From NCBI RefSeq assembly GCF_003704095.1, contig NW_020847100.1:1-64000 (forward strand): 64,000 nt of DNA, written 5' to 3'. A program made the translations under genes and the position numbers. This DNA comes from Pocillopora damicornis. Its lineage: Eukaryota. Of the stretch, positions 12,661 to 25,738 are shown one piece after another. Below the pieces are notes generated by a model. That model saw nothing but the letters and a program-made list of their open reading frames with translations. It was not told the origin of the DNA and made no database searches. Position 1 is the first letter of the stretch; each line of letters starts with the position of its first letter.

Positions 12661-13607
12661 ATTTTCGTTGAAAATATAAAAAAGTTTCACCACAAAATGG
12701 CACTTAACAATACCTCACAAGTTCCTCGAGTGACTGAGATTCTTTACAATATCTCCCGAATCGTTTACAAGACGATAAAGAACTTTGAACCGGGTAAATT
12801 ATCTTTAACAGCCCGATAACCTACCGTGTAATGCAGTAGAGACTCGGAATGTATGACGTCACATTATTGCCAGTTCCCTCAATGGCTTTTGTCCGATATT
12901 GACACAATTAATAATTCATACTCGAAAGCAATTAAAGCTGCGAATATAGGCTAAGTACTCTATTTGTGTAGTAGAAAGATGTCTGAGCAGCGTAGGCTTT
13001 TCTTTCCTTCTTCTCCTTCAACTGCTTCCTTTTTTTTTTACATGGGTACTACCCACAGAAGGCAATTTTTAAGATGAAAAAGATTGAGACACTTTTCAAT
13101 AGTATGACTACCGGACAAAATGAAATTTTAGTACAGTTTTGACAATTAAACATCACATGAATGCATGAATGTCCCTTCTGCTTGATAATTTCACTTTGCT
13201 TTCATGAATTTGGAATTTTTCATTTTGATATGTTATCATTCAAAAAGAAATTCTAACTATTTTTTTGTTTTTNNNNNNNNNNNNNNNNNNNNNNNNNNNN
13301 NNNNNNNNNNNNNNNNNNNNNNNNNNNNNNNNNNNNNNNNNNNNNNNNNNNNNNNNNNNNNNNNNNNNNNNNCAAGAGGGTTTTGAAATATGGAGTGCAT
13401 AGGTACATTTACACCTGAAAGAGGTTGCTTTGTACAATTTTTTTTTTCTGTTTAATATATATATACATATATATTTTTATATATATATATTAAAGCTGAT
13501 AATGAATCTGACAAAAGTGAGATACAAAGACAAGCCTTGAGTTCTCTCTTAGGATTTGTATGTCTTAATTTAAGTTGAATATCTCTAAAAAAATGTCAGA
13601 TACTTAC

Positions 13608-16475
13608 ATAGCACAAGGTTCCCTCGTAACATAAAGATCATATCCAGTACATAGATAAGGCAATGACTTGCATTTGTTGTCAGTATTTTTCAGAGAGTTG
13701 CACTGCTCACCATAATGAGTAAATCTCTCACCCACCGAACCTTTTTCCATTGAGCTGCAGTCTTTAGAATCATTTTTAGAACAAAGACAGCAAGTTCTTT
13801 GCTGTAATTGTGATCCTTTTTTTTTCAATGTCCATGTTTCATTTAACTCTTGGCAGTCAAGTTTCCAAGCACCTGATGACTGACTGTGTGCCACTAGATC
13901 CAGGCAAACCATGACAGCATGTTGGAGTGGGTGTCCTGCACATCTTAAGTCATGACACACAGCTATGGGCTGGTTCTTCTGTGGATCAACAATCACAGCT
14001 CCAATAGGAAACTGTAAATAAAAGATTCAGAGATTTTTGTTAGCTTGTTTGTATGAGGATAATAAAAAAGAAAGTTTACACAATGAAATTCTGATACTAG
14101 CCACTATTACAGGATTCCTGAGAAACACACAAAACCCATGAGCACTAAAAGTACTTCCAGAATGACTAGATAAAAAGGTGATGTGATCAGGAGCCAATAT
14201 CTAAAATTTACATCAGTCATGTCTCTCCTAGTCTCAACACTATGATAACAAAGAAGAGGCTATCTGCAAAATCAAAGCAGCCACTCCAACACAACTTCTG
14301 GATTAACATCTCAAAGTTGTTGAATGTCTGACTAATTTATTGAACAAGGGCAAACTAGTAAGCAATATGCACTGAACAATAATTTGATTTAGTCATTAAT
14401 TGAAGGAACATCGTGGGACTGGAGCTGGAAGATATCTGAACAAGGAACTGAGTTTTAGATGGGTAAATAAACAAACACTTTGATCCTCACCTGAGATACT
14501 GATGTCTTGATCCTCACCTGAGATAATGATGTATCACTGGTTATGAAAATGACTCATGTTCTCTTTTAATCTTACCTTTCTGGATGTCATATTCTGTGTT
14601 TCCACTATTGCCATTCTCATGAACTTTTCAATCAATGCCACTTCATCTTTGTTAAATAATTCCCCTTTTAATGCTCTTGAAACACTAAATAACATTTTCA
14701 AAGTAAATGAAGAAGATCAACACTAAATGCAGTTTACATAGACTGAGATATATTTTAGCAGGCCACAGCTGTGCACTGAATTATAGGATCTTATTAACAG
14801 CCTCTAAGGTGCCCAGAAATTCACTGCGTTTATATCAAACCATAAATAGAAGACAAATGCATCGGGTCTCCAAAAGGGCATAGTAATTGCCCATCTAAAA
14901 TCTTAATTGTTTCTCTGAACAATAAAGGATGCCTGGTCTTGGTTTACCAGCAAAACAACTCTCAGAGGAAATTTAACCCTTTACACCCTTGCATAATATG
15001 CTAGTCATTTTTAGTGGTCAAAGGGTTACTTAACACATGCAAAGTTTACAAGCCTGCTTGATCTCAAATCATATGTAACTTTAAAAAATCCAGACAATAA
15101 ACTCAAAAGTTTAATAATGTACTATTCTAAAATACAGAAAAAATTTGTCACAAAATATTCTTATATTTTTATGAATGAGGAATAGAATAGGGGTTTCTGA
15201 ATATACATAACACAGCTAACACATCAGGCCATTCCATGATTTTAAATAACCAAATATTAATTAATAACTTACTATTTGTCTTCATGAAAATTGACAGGCC
15301 AAAGGAGAGATGCTTGGTTAAACTGCTCTCTGGTCAAAGGTGGATGTTTTGCCACATTAGCCACAAAGGGCTCCCCAAGAAAATTTGCCGCTGTCTTGTT
15401 TTGTTGTATAAGTTGAGTAAATGAATTGTCTGCTGCTACCTCATTCCTTACACATAAGATTATTTGTAGAAGTGATTCTGAAATTTGAAAAAAGGTTGAT
15501 AAGAAAACGTAATTTTCATAATAAAATTTCGAAAAAAGAATTTAAAAGAATTGGTGAAATAGAAGAAAAACATATTTAAAAAAAAGTCATGCGAAATGAA
15601 AAAGATATCGCGTTCCCATACCGGGAGTCGAACCCGGGCCGCCTGGGTGAAAGCCAGGAATCCTAACCGCTAGACCATATGGGAGATCACATACTACAAG
15701 AGAGAAATTTATCATAAAAATCCCTTTTGTGTATGTTAATGCCATTCACACATAGAATGATATGGCCGTTTTTCAAAAAAAGGCTCCTTCTATACTTTCT
15801 ATGAACGTAGGAAACATTTTGAGTCATAAAGATCTAATTCAATTTGAAATCTCAATCTACTTATATTACAAAGTGAGTGGGAATTTCACGGCTGCCTCAT
15901 TAAAGTCATAACTTACCGTCGTTGACTTTGCGGCATCGCACTCGTCTTAAATGTCCTAACTCCTTCAATGGCAATATTTCATTTAAATCTCTGAGACATA
16001 AAAATTTTGTCTATTAACGTAACAAAATCAAATAATGGAGGAAAATCGCAAGAAATTGAAAAATCCGCGCGGAAATTTAGCACTCGTATGTTTTTTTAAA
16101 ATTCGTTTTTTATTTATACCTTATCAGTTGCGATGTTTGTGTTTTGTCCGTTACATCAGCTGCGTAAACTTGCACTGAAAATTGCCAAATACATAAATTT
16201 AGTCAGTGAAGTAGATGAGGCAAAGAATTGAGAGCAGTTCCGCTTCATACCTGTTTGAAAATCGCGCGTGTACTCGTTTGCCAGAACAGGTCGAGGAAAT
16301 GTTACTCCTTCTTTCATCTTTTCTTCAATGGATGAGGACAGAAACTGATCAGTGTAAAATCGAAGGTCATATTTTACTGATATTTCACTTTGGAGTTCTT
16401 ACCAAGTAATCCCTCACTTATATTATTCAATCTGGCTTTCTTTTCTGCAGGTTCCAGAGACAAATCCGACGCCAT
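13608..16475 (-). CDS. ADAT3: tRNA adenosine-34 deaminase non-catalytic subunit ADAT3/Tad3; last exon not visible, probably in the gap 13273-13372
   Basis: Exons approx. 16475-16403, 16322-16251, 16174-16120, 15990-15917, 15477-15273, 14684-14576 and 14012-13608. Motifs: PVLANE, HLRRVR, PPLTREQF...WPVNFH, GAVIVDP, HPLQHAVM (HAV, no catalytic Glu) and YLCTGYDLYVTREPCAM. Confidence 0.9.
15613..15684 (-). tRNA. tRNA-Glu (anticodon TTC)
   Basis: TCCCATATGGTCTAGCGGTTAGGATTCCTGGCTTTCACCCAGGCGGCCCGGGTTCGACTCCCGGTATGGGAA is a canonical 72-nt cloverleaf with A/B boxes and a downstream T-run. Confidence 0.97.
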
Positions 16476-16532
16476 GATTGTTTTGAAGAGGTGCGCTTGG
16501 TTACTAAGCCAAAAGGTCAGAAAGTTGAAAAT

Positions 16533-19500
16533 ATGGCGGCTTTCTCAAAATATTTGTTGATCTCTGTGCCCGTGGTGGCCCTGGCGGGTATTGCAGCATT
16601 GTGGTGGCAACTGGAAAAGAGAGAGAGGTCTTATACAGAAGTAGGTCGTGTTTCTAGCCTGATCATTTATCCCGTGAAATCTTGCAAAGGAATTCGCGTG
16701 GATAATGCAAAGTGCTTCAAAGAAGGAATGGAACATGATAGGTAAGCCTAGCTTAGCTTGTGTCCAAAGTTACGATACAAAGAAAAAAAGCCAAAGAAAC
16801 GGAACTGCGTGCACAAAAATCATCTAAATGAGCACTGAAACAGCTCACAAGGACCAGAAAGAAAGAGACATAAGCCCAGAACGAGGTTATTTAGTTTGGG
16901 TTGCGTGTGTTTTATGTCTTCGCGTGATTTTAGTTTGGGTTGCGTGATTTAGGGCACGTATTTCCAGTGACAAATTTTGTTACGGAACATTTCAGTGAGG
17001 AAAAGACTGTATCAATTTGATTCGAATTCAGTGGATTACTATCATGGTTGATCCTGTATTTCGCCTATTTGCATCGCAATTTTTTCTAAATGAAATCCTT
17101 GGGCTGCGCACATTATTGGGATGTTTTCAATTAATCCTTCAGTCTGGGGGACCAAAAAATATAGAAGCATCTGTCTGGCATTTGGGACATACTACGTAAA
17201 ACAGAGACTTAGCTTAAGGGGAACCGAGGTGCCCATTATCTACCTTTTTGAGCAAATACATTTTTTCCCCATATAAGTGAACAACGTACAAATCCCTTAA
17301 TTCAGGTGAAAATTCGTGACTCCAGAGAATCTGCACAAGATAAATATTCTCCAATGCTCCCAAGCTAGATACTCAATTTGGAAGTCCTTCTCATCACAAA
17401 TACCAGCCTTCCTTCACCCAAGGCAGAGCATTGGGGGAAGCTATGTTATAAAAGTGCATGATAGTGATTTATGGCTGTGACCCTCCTCCCCCACCTCAGT
17501 CTCCCCCCCACCACCACCACCTTTTGAAAACTCCTAGTTAAGCCACATTACAATGATAATATTTTTGTGAACCACTTTTTCTTGACCATTTACTCTAGCT
17601 CTAGGCCCCCATTCTCCCAAGGCTTTGAAGATATATCCTTGCACTCTTGGAAGCAGCTTAAGTAAAGCATCAATTTACAAACTGTACTGGTTTCTTGTCA
17701 CATGACTGTGACTGCTACATATGATGATTTGATTTGATTATTTTTTTTTATAGGCGTTGGATTCTTTTGGATGAGAATGATATTTTTATTTCTCAACGGG
17801 TAGATCCAAAGCTGGCTTTGGTTGTTCCTCATTTTGAAGGTGGAAAATATCTTTGTCTTGATGCCCCCGGAATGAAAACCTTGAAGCTGAATATAGACTT
17901 ACCAGAAAATCAACAGGAGTCCAAGAGGATACGGTGAGTCATATAGCATGCACAGTCTGCCTTTTAGTTTTAGTTGAACATTCCTTTTTACATAGATAAT
18001 AGGGTAGTCTTTGCAGTTAAGTAATGTACAGTTTCATTACTAGTTAATACTTAGCAGAAATAAACACTCTTAATCTCAATTTGACTTGGAAACTGTAGTC
18101 CAAGAGAAGTGTCACATGTAAAATTCTAATTGAGATTACCAAACATTCTGTATATAAGCAAAAGGAAAACAATTCTTATGAAAGAGAGTCAACAATATTT
18201 AATTTGCAAAACATGTTTCCATGACTGGAAAATGGCAAAGAAATTTCAAAAGGTGTTTGCAGACTACAAAATGTTGTCTCTTCTATACCAGTTTAGATTA
18301 TAATTTTAATGGTCATGTATACTTCATCTCCTGGATAACCTGCATGTTGCCTAGATCAAAAGCCAGTCTTCCTATCACCTTGACATTTCTTGAAATTTAC
18401 CATGTAAATTAAGTTAAGTATGGATATTTAGAGATGAGGGAATTTAAAAATAAAATAGATTTGAAGTTATCCCTATCAAAAAACTACATCTTTGTCCAAG
18501 GATGGTGGAACTTTGTTTGTTTTTGGACTGGATACAAAATAATTAATTTTCTTTTTTGGGGAGAGATCGGCATAGAGCAATCAAGAATTAGAATTGTTGG
18601 GGGGGGGGGGTTTGAGAATAGGGATGTGTTCCAATATTGACTCTATCGGCAGATTCCAGGTTTGTAAAGGTTGGCAGATCAGATAAATATACTAACCTGT
18701 TAGAAAAGACTCAAATGTGGTTTCCTTGCAGGTAGTATCCAAGCCAATCTTTATACTGACATTTCTGTAATTTTTCAGGGTGTATAGGGTTTATGGAGGA
18801 GGTCAGTATATTGGAGATGAAGCTGCTGAATGGTTCTCAAGTTATTTGAAAAGACCTGGATGCAAGTTGTATAAACTCTCTCAGCCTAAGTTAATCTGTG
18901 AGGATGAAAAGTGGGGTGATGTTGCTTTGCCAGGAGACAAGGTAATTTAAACATTATTTGTAATGTTACACCCTTAGTTTAAAATCAGGTGGTCCTATAA
19001 GTCAGAAAACTCTGATTTAATCTTTACAGCCTCAAGCAGACTATTTTCTATTAATTCTTTTAACATATCCTCCTGTTGCTTTTTTTTCACTGAAGACCCA
19101 TCCAGTGGCAAATGCCAGTGGAGGAAGAGGGGGAAGGAGATTTTAGCCCTGGCCCAGCTACCATATTGATGTTACTCTTTATTAAGAGGACACGTTACTC
19201 TGGCAAGGCCTCTCTCTGTCCAAGGGTGTAAATTGGTAAATAATAGTTCCAGCAAACTTTTGGGCACACTTGGGAAATAACTAGGATGGACTGAATTGCA
19301 GCTGCACTGATTATCCTATTCATGTGAAAGGGAAATAACAAGACTTCACATCACTTCAAGATGTGATAAATAACAGTCAGAGTAAAGTTTATTAGTAGGC
19401 TTTCAAGGTCACAAGGCCAAGAAGACTTAAGATGATAACATTCTTTGGGTTTGATGTATATCTATTGTAAAATTATGCTTAAGAAGAAGTCAGTTACGGC

Positions 19501-21260
19501 ATTGGATCACTGTCAAAAGGAAAGTAAAAACTTTTACTTCTTTCATAATTCATATCAGCAAATGAATGTTATGCAAACATGAAGGAATTTTAGAGTTGTG
19601 AGAAGTTTCAATTGTCAATGTATTCCTCGTTTTGTTTTCTCTTCCTTTTTTTTAACCAAGGCATCATTTGGAAATTTTTCTCCCTTCATGATTACAACTG
19701 AACAATCGCTTGTAGCTTTGAATGGAGTACTTCCATCACCAGTTACTATGGAAAGATTCCGTCCAAATGTTGTGGTTGACGGTTTGAAGGCATACGATGA
19801 GGTCTGTGTTCCATCTCATATTTCTTGTGAAAGAAATTAATGCTACCACTGTAGCGCCTTGAGCACTTATTAAATCTGTAGAGCTTGAGATCCAGAGTGG
19901 GTGCCTATTTAAGTTGGGAGCTTATGGGAGGCTGGGTGCTTATAAAATTCTCACCATTTTCAGCAAGTGGTAAATTATTTTGCAATGAAACGACGAGTAA
20001 TAACAAAATTTTAAGATGTACAACAAACTTGTGATGCGTAACCCAGTCTCTCATGCACTTCAGCTTTTTNNNNNNNNNNNNNNNNNNNNNNNNNNNNNNN
20101 NNNNNNNNNNNNNNNNNNNNNNNNNNNNNNNNNNNNNNNNNNNNNNNNNNNNNNNNNNNNNNNNNNNNNNNNNNNNNNNATATTAAAAGGTGATCCATGT
20201 TCTATTTTTCTTTCCACAGGATAAGTGGACAAAAAAGATAATTAAGATAGGGGATGTAGAATTCAGATTTCTGAAGAACTGTGGAAGGTGAGTGAGTGAT
20301 GTTTCCAAGAAGTAGTCCAGATCCATTGACATCCACATTTTACAGTTTGAGAATTTCCAGTCTTTTAATCAATGGCATACTTTGAAAGCTTAGAGATTTG
20401 ATTAAAATATTAAAATGTTTAAAATGATTTTTTCCCAGATGTTCATTGACAACTGTAAACCCTGCAACAGGAGAAAAAGAAGGAAATGAACCCTTAGCTA
20501 CTCTGCAAAGGTAATTTCTTACTTGTTAATAAAGGTACGTATTGCTTGTCCTCTACTTTGTTGACTGCTATTTAACAGTTACCCATGGCCAGAGAGTCAG
20601 AAAAATTTCTTTTGCTGAGAGAAAATTTTTTATTGTATTTAGAAAAAAGTTTCTTGTGGATGCATCAGAAAAAAAGCTCAGTGAGTTCATCTTAGGAAAA
20701 TTGGTTTTCTATTTTAGTTTTACCAATTGGCTTCTTGTAAAAGCCAATTTCATATTGGGAAAATTGTTTTCAGTCAAAAGCCATTGGCCACAGCTTGATA
20801 GCATGACTATGAAAAGTAGATAGCAGTTCTGGGTACAAGTTGATAAAGGGGGTAAGTTTCTAAAGAAACTGTGGGAGAGTATAACAAAGTAGTTTGGTAT
20901 TATGAACCAAATTGATAACTTAAATTGGCCACTGTAAAAAGTATCCAAGCTAATGTTTTGAGTGTTAAGCCCTTCATCAGAGCAAAGGATGAAGGAGGAA
21001 GGGCTAATGCTCAAAATGTGGCCAATTTATGTTTACCTGATTGATAATATCAAATTACATTGATACAAGTTAAATAACAAATTATGAGGGGATCATGGCA
21101 AGTAACTGCTTTAATCAATGTGTCTTTTCACAGGATAAGGCTCCCTGAGGACAGAGATCCCAGGCAGGGAAAAGCTCCTCTTTTTGGAGTACAGTTTGCC
21201 CTTGATGGAGATAGGATAGGGGTTGTAAGGATAGGAGATATAGTGATGGTCTCTGCATGA
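16533..21260 (+). CDS. MTARC: Mitochondrial amidoxime-reducing component (mARC, MOSC_N + MOSC), paralog A
   Basis: Seven exons: 16533-16741, 17754-17933, 18779-18941, 19661-19801, 20220-20288, 20439-20510 and 21134-21260. N-terminal anchor, IYPVKSCKG, DRRW, ERFRPNVVV, NCGR|CSLTTVNP (Mo-ligating Cys), EPLATL, PLFG. Confidence 0.92.
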
Positions 21261-21492
21261 CTGGAAAATTAAGTAGTGTTGGCAGCTCAGCATGCCTTGA
21301 ACTAATTAAAAAAGTAGTTTGTGGTAATATAATGCTGGACCATATATTTCATGCATACTATTTTTTTNNNNNNNNNNNNNNNNNNNNNNNNNNNNNNNNN
21401 NNNNNNNNNNNNNNNNNNNNNNNNNNNNNNNNNNNNNNNNNNNNNNNNNNNNNNNNNNNNNNNNNNNTTTTTTTTTGTTTTAACTAATCCAG

Positions 21493-24417
21493 GGTTTGGA
21501 GGGTTTATGGAGAAGGTCTCTATTGTGGAGATGAAGCAGCAGAGTGGGTATCTACTTTTTTAAATAAACCTGGATATAAGATGTATAAACTTTCCAAACC
21601 AAGAGTGATATGTGAAGATGACAAGTGGGGTGATGTTGCTCTTCCAGGTGACAAGGTAAATATAACATAACAAAAGGGAACAGATGTGTATAGAACAGTC
21701 TTGTTGGCCGCGCGTGGAAGATGCAGTAGCCTACAAGTAACAACACCCTCCCCCTCACAAAGGTAAAATGGAGGCAAGGGAGCCCCTGTGCCACTTTTGG
21801 GGAGGGTGTGGCTACACCTAGGCTAAAGACGCAGTGTTCTACTTGTCAGTGCACTGAATTCTGAGTCGAGGTCTGGGTCCAAGACCTGGTTAGGTGAATG
21901 TGTGATGTTCTTGGGCAAAGCTCTCTCTTTCTCCACCCAGGAGTATAAATGGGTCCTGGCAAATTATCAGGGAAGTCTGATGAAATGTAGGGCTAACCTT
22001 GCAATGGATTTGCACCCCATCCAGGGGAGGGCCAAAGGGCTTGTGTACAGACTTTCCTTTTACCTTTTGTTGGCCATGTTGGACCACATAATGGATGCTC
22101 TCAAAGTCCAGAGCCATCTGACATTTTTGATTAAGGAAGAAAAATGGCAAGGCTAAGAATGGAAATGATTGCAATGCTACATAAAGATGTAATTAAAGTA
22201 TATTTATTTATTTCTATTTCCAAGGATGTTGCAGGATCATTAGTAAAAGCTGTTTAACTCTTAGAGTAAGACTTACCTCATTTATTTTTCTTCTTTACAT
22301 CTTATATATCTTGTTTGTTGTTCAATCCAGGCAGCATTTGGAGATTTTGCTCCATACTTGATTGCAACTGAGGCCTCATTAGAAGCTGTGAATACTGAAC
22401 TTTCATCTCCTGTGACAATGGAAAGATTCCGTCCCAATGTTGTGGTTGAGGGTATGAAGGCATTTGATGAGGTCAGTATGTCAATCCATTCTGTGATATC
22501 GCATAAAAATTGATTAGACTTTCATTATGGTCACACTTTTTCCCTTTTTTACAGGACAAGTGGGCAGCTAAGATAATAAAAGTTGGAGATGTTGAATTTA
22601 GATTCCTAAAACGATGTGGAAGGTTAGTCAGTCATAAAATACATTGAAAAATAGCATCAAAAGTGTCAGTGGCTATCTTGAAAGTTAGTTTTGGTCAGAG
22701 TAGGGTTTTAATAAAAGTTGATTATCAATAGTCTATACTGCTGCCTGTAAGACTTGTGAGGAGGATCTTGGGTTTGGGTTTTGCTTTACAGCCCTTTTCC
22801 AGGCACAGCTGCCTAGTGTGCCATTGGCAGCAGCATATGGAAAAGGAGTTTGAAACCCATGTCAAGGGTAGAAAACACAAGAATTGGGAGAGAAACTTTA
22901 ATCCAGCTAACAATGATGTGAATCAGCAAGAAACGCAGGCTACATGTGAAGCTAGAACTGGAATTTTATTCTGGGTCCATCACAGTTTATCAGTCCATAC
23001 CTTTTTCTCTCTATGAAATCTCCCTTTTTACCAGTTATGCCCCTGGGCCATGAATATTACAAAGAGGAACCTCTTACAAGCTCACTTAAACATTCAAGAA
23101 TCTACATGCACTTTCTGGCTTATATTGTATAAACTAGCATTTTATTTAACAGTTGCTTTGTAATGTTGGTTGCATAGAACTCAATTGCAGTTTGTGTGAA
23201 TGTTGGCTAAAAATTTTGCATATCTTATATGTCATCTTTCAATATAAAGTTACCCAATATTTCTGATTTCCAGTTTCTGAATTGTTTACAAAGGTGTCAG
23301 TTAACAACAGTGAATCCTGACACAGGTGAAAAAGAAGGAGATGAACCTTTGGCAACTTTAAGAAGGTAATTGTTTCTCTATCCCATCACCAACAATTTTT
23401 TGACACAGATTAACAAAGATTAGAGTCAGCAGAATTTCAAATTGACAGTTTACCTTGCAAGGGTTTAGCCCTTATTCCACAATACAGAAATGAATGCATA
23501 CCATACTCCACTGGCGGTTCATGTCAGCACTGAAATCCAACTGAGGTTAAAATGATTTTCATATTAAATTGATTGACCATTGACACTTTGTAGTGTCATT
23601 TGGACTGTGCTCTTTTCAACAATATGGCTTTTAACCACAATCTGGCAGGAACTGATCAAAAGGCATCAGAGAATTGGATACTTTCCAGCTACTTATTGAA
23701 TTTTCTGGCTAATTTTTAAGATTGGAGAGCTTTTTTGTTAATTTTGAGACATGGAGAAAAATTAGTATGCTGCTACATTTATCAAACTTATTTTCCCTCC
23801 CAAGAGTAAACAAGACATAACTTCTCCCTCCACATTTAATACATAATCAAAGGAACAATGTCAGCACAAAATCTGCACACCTACCCCTCCCCTTACCCAA
23901 CATTAACCTTAACTTAGGCCAGGGGATGGGTTATTGGGGAGTTGTTCAGATACAGGCATTGATCCATATCATACAGGCATTGATCCATATCATTCACATA
24001 ATTGATACGAAGACAGTAGGTATCGACCAGGGGACTATATTTTATCCAACAACAAATTCTCAGTGCTAAAATTATAAGGAATTGTGGCAGATGGTAATGA
24101 GAATTACTATGAATTGAAAACAGATTGAGATCTTGGTATTGGAAGGTTTAATCATTTCATGTAATGTGCAATCTTAAGATGAAATCATTGCTTTGGATTG
24201 GTTGCTTTCTAGTTGACCCCTTGTTGATGAGCTGATGCCTAAGAATACATTTAATTCTGCTAACAAATGCAACTTTTAATTTATTTTCAGAATAAGGCTT
24301 CCAGAAGACAGAGACCCAAGACAAGGAAATGCCCCTCTTTTTGGAGTTCTTGTTACCCCTCATGGCAATACAGTGGGAGTTATAAAGATTGGAGATGCTG
24401 TCATGGTTTCAGAATAA
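21493..24417 (+). CDS. MTARC: mARC paralog B; only exons 3-7 visible
   Basis: Exons 21493-21655, 22331-22471, 22554-22623, 23294-23365 and 24291-24417 are open and in frame. Motifs: AFGDFAPY, RFRPN, RCGR|CQLTTVNP. A gap at 21368-21467 precedes them. Confidence 0.85.
21826..22035 (+). mobile_element. tRNA-headed SINE with a Deu/Nin-type central domain
   Basis: A degenerate tRNA-like head is followed by ttcttgggcaa...ctccacccaggagtataaatgggt...atggatttgcaccccatccagggg. A decayed relative lies at about 19130-19330. Confidence 0.6.
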
Positions 24418-25738
24418 CTGCAATTATAATAACAATAAATATTTAATTGTGTTGCTTAATATTTAATTTTGCAAGTGTAGATAAAGCGTTGCTTTGAGTA
24501 GAAGCATTATAGTGTGGAAGATTTGGGGGATTACAATGTCCCTTTTTATTTTTTATTTTTTTATTTATTTATTTATTTTTTTTACAGTAAGCCAAAATTA
24601 TTTTACAGCTTTTTACCTGATAATATCCTTCAGTAGGAATGCAAATTTGGGCTGAAAGGTTTATCATTAACATATTGTATTTATATTTTGTTCCAATCAG
24701 ACTGTTTTCGCTCAGACAATAACTCACCTATTATTTAGAACCGTTTTTTTGTTTGTTTTGTTTTGTTTGTTTCATATTCTCAGATTTCATGCACTCACTA
24801 TTTTTCATGCACTCACTATTTTTCCCTTTGAGGAAGTGGAAACAAAATCTTAATTTAATAGATTGATTTATTCACTGATTTTTGTTACAGGGGAGGGAAT
24901 AGTGTATTTGCTATAAGAGGTTCTTATTTAATATTTAAGCTATGTTTGAAGTGGGTCTACTAATTAAAATGAAGGGTTCAGTTCTTATTTAAATCTGATG
25001 GTTTAATTATGCAAACATGTTAAATGTGAAGTATCTTAATGGTTTTTGGGTTTGTAATAACTTGGGGATAAGAGAAAAAAGGGCAGGTAGCTTAATTGTA
25101 TTGTGGAATAGTCCAGCTTCTCATGAAAATATGGAGTGAGGTTGGTTATACTTCCTCATGCAGAAAGTAAAGTTATGGGGACTACCAATAAATAAACATT
25201 GTATTTGCCAATATTGTTTGTTTTGCATTGACAGGTATAAACTTACTAAGGTCTTGGTAAAGATGTCCAAAATTGAAACTACCACAAAATGAATTAATTC
25301 TTTGACAAACTGGACCTTCTGCTTCCTTCTTTCAAACTCAATGTTTCGTTGCCTGTAATCTGACTGCAAAAGCCTTGCAGGCTTGTCAAAATACGACACA
25401 ACTCATAAAAATACTCAGCAGTACTACACACCAAAATGTCTGATAAAATAAATTTACTGTATTCACAGCTTAGGGTCCAAGGGTCTGTATTGCTCTGCTA
25501 CAAAAATTACCACCAGACAAGAAAGAACAGTTTTCAACTGATTTTAATGTGTGTTATGGAAAGGTAGACAACTACGTGATTTTGAACACCCAGATAAAGT
25601 AACAGTATAATCAATACAACCTTAGACTTGAGTTGCTGTCTTTACTTTTTAAAAGCTATGCATTTTTTGCAGCTCTTTCTGAAATCAAACTTGTTATAGA
25701 ACATAAGGATGATAAGGAATGTTTCCTTCCCTGATGGC

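Noticed and set aside
13373-13414. Acceptor giving CKCTYALHISKPS after ADAT3 EPCAM
   Set aside because: It does not match the expected CAMALVHSR. The true last exon is more likely inside the adjacent gap, so there is no evidence for a truncated or pseudogenised ADAT3.
14480-14535. Short direct duplications (also 23950-23995, 24787-24822 and 16890-16950)
   Set aside because: These are two-copy slippage repeats with no spacers, not CRISPR-like, and this is a eukaryotic context.
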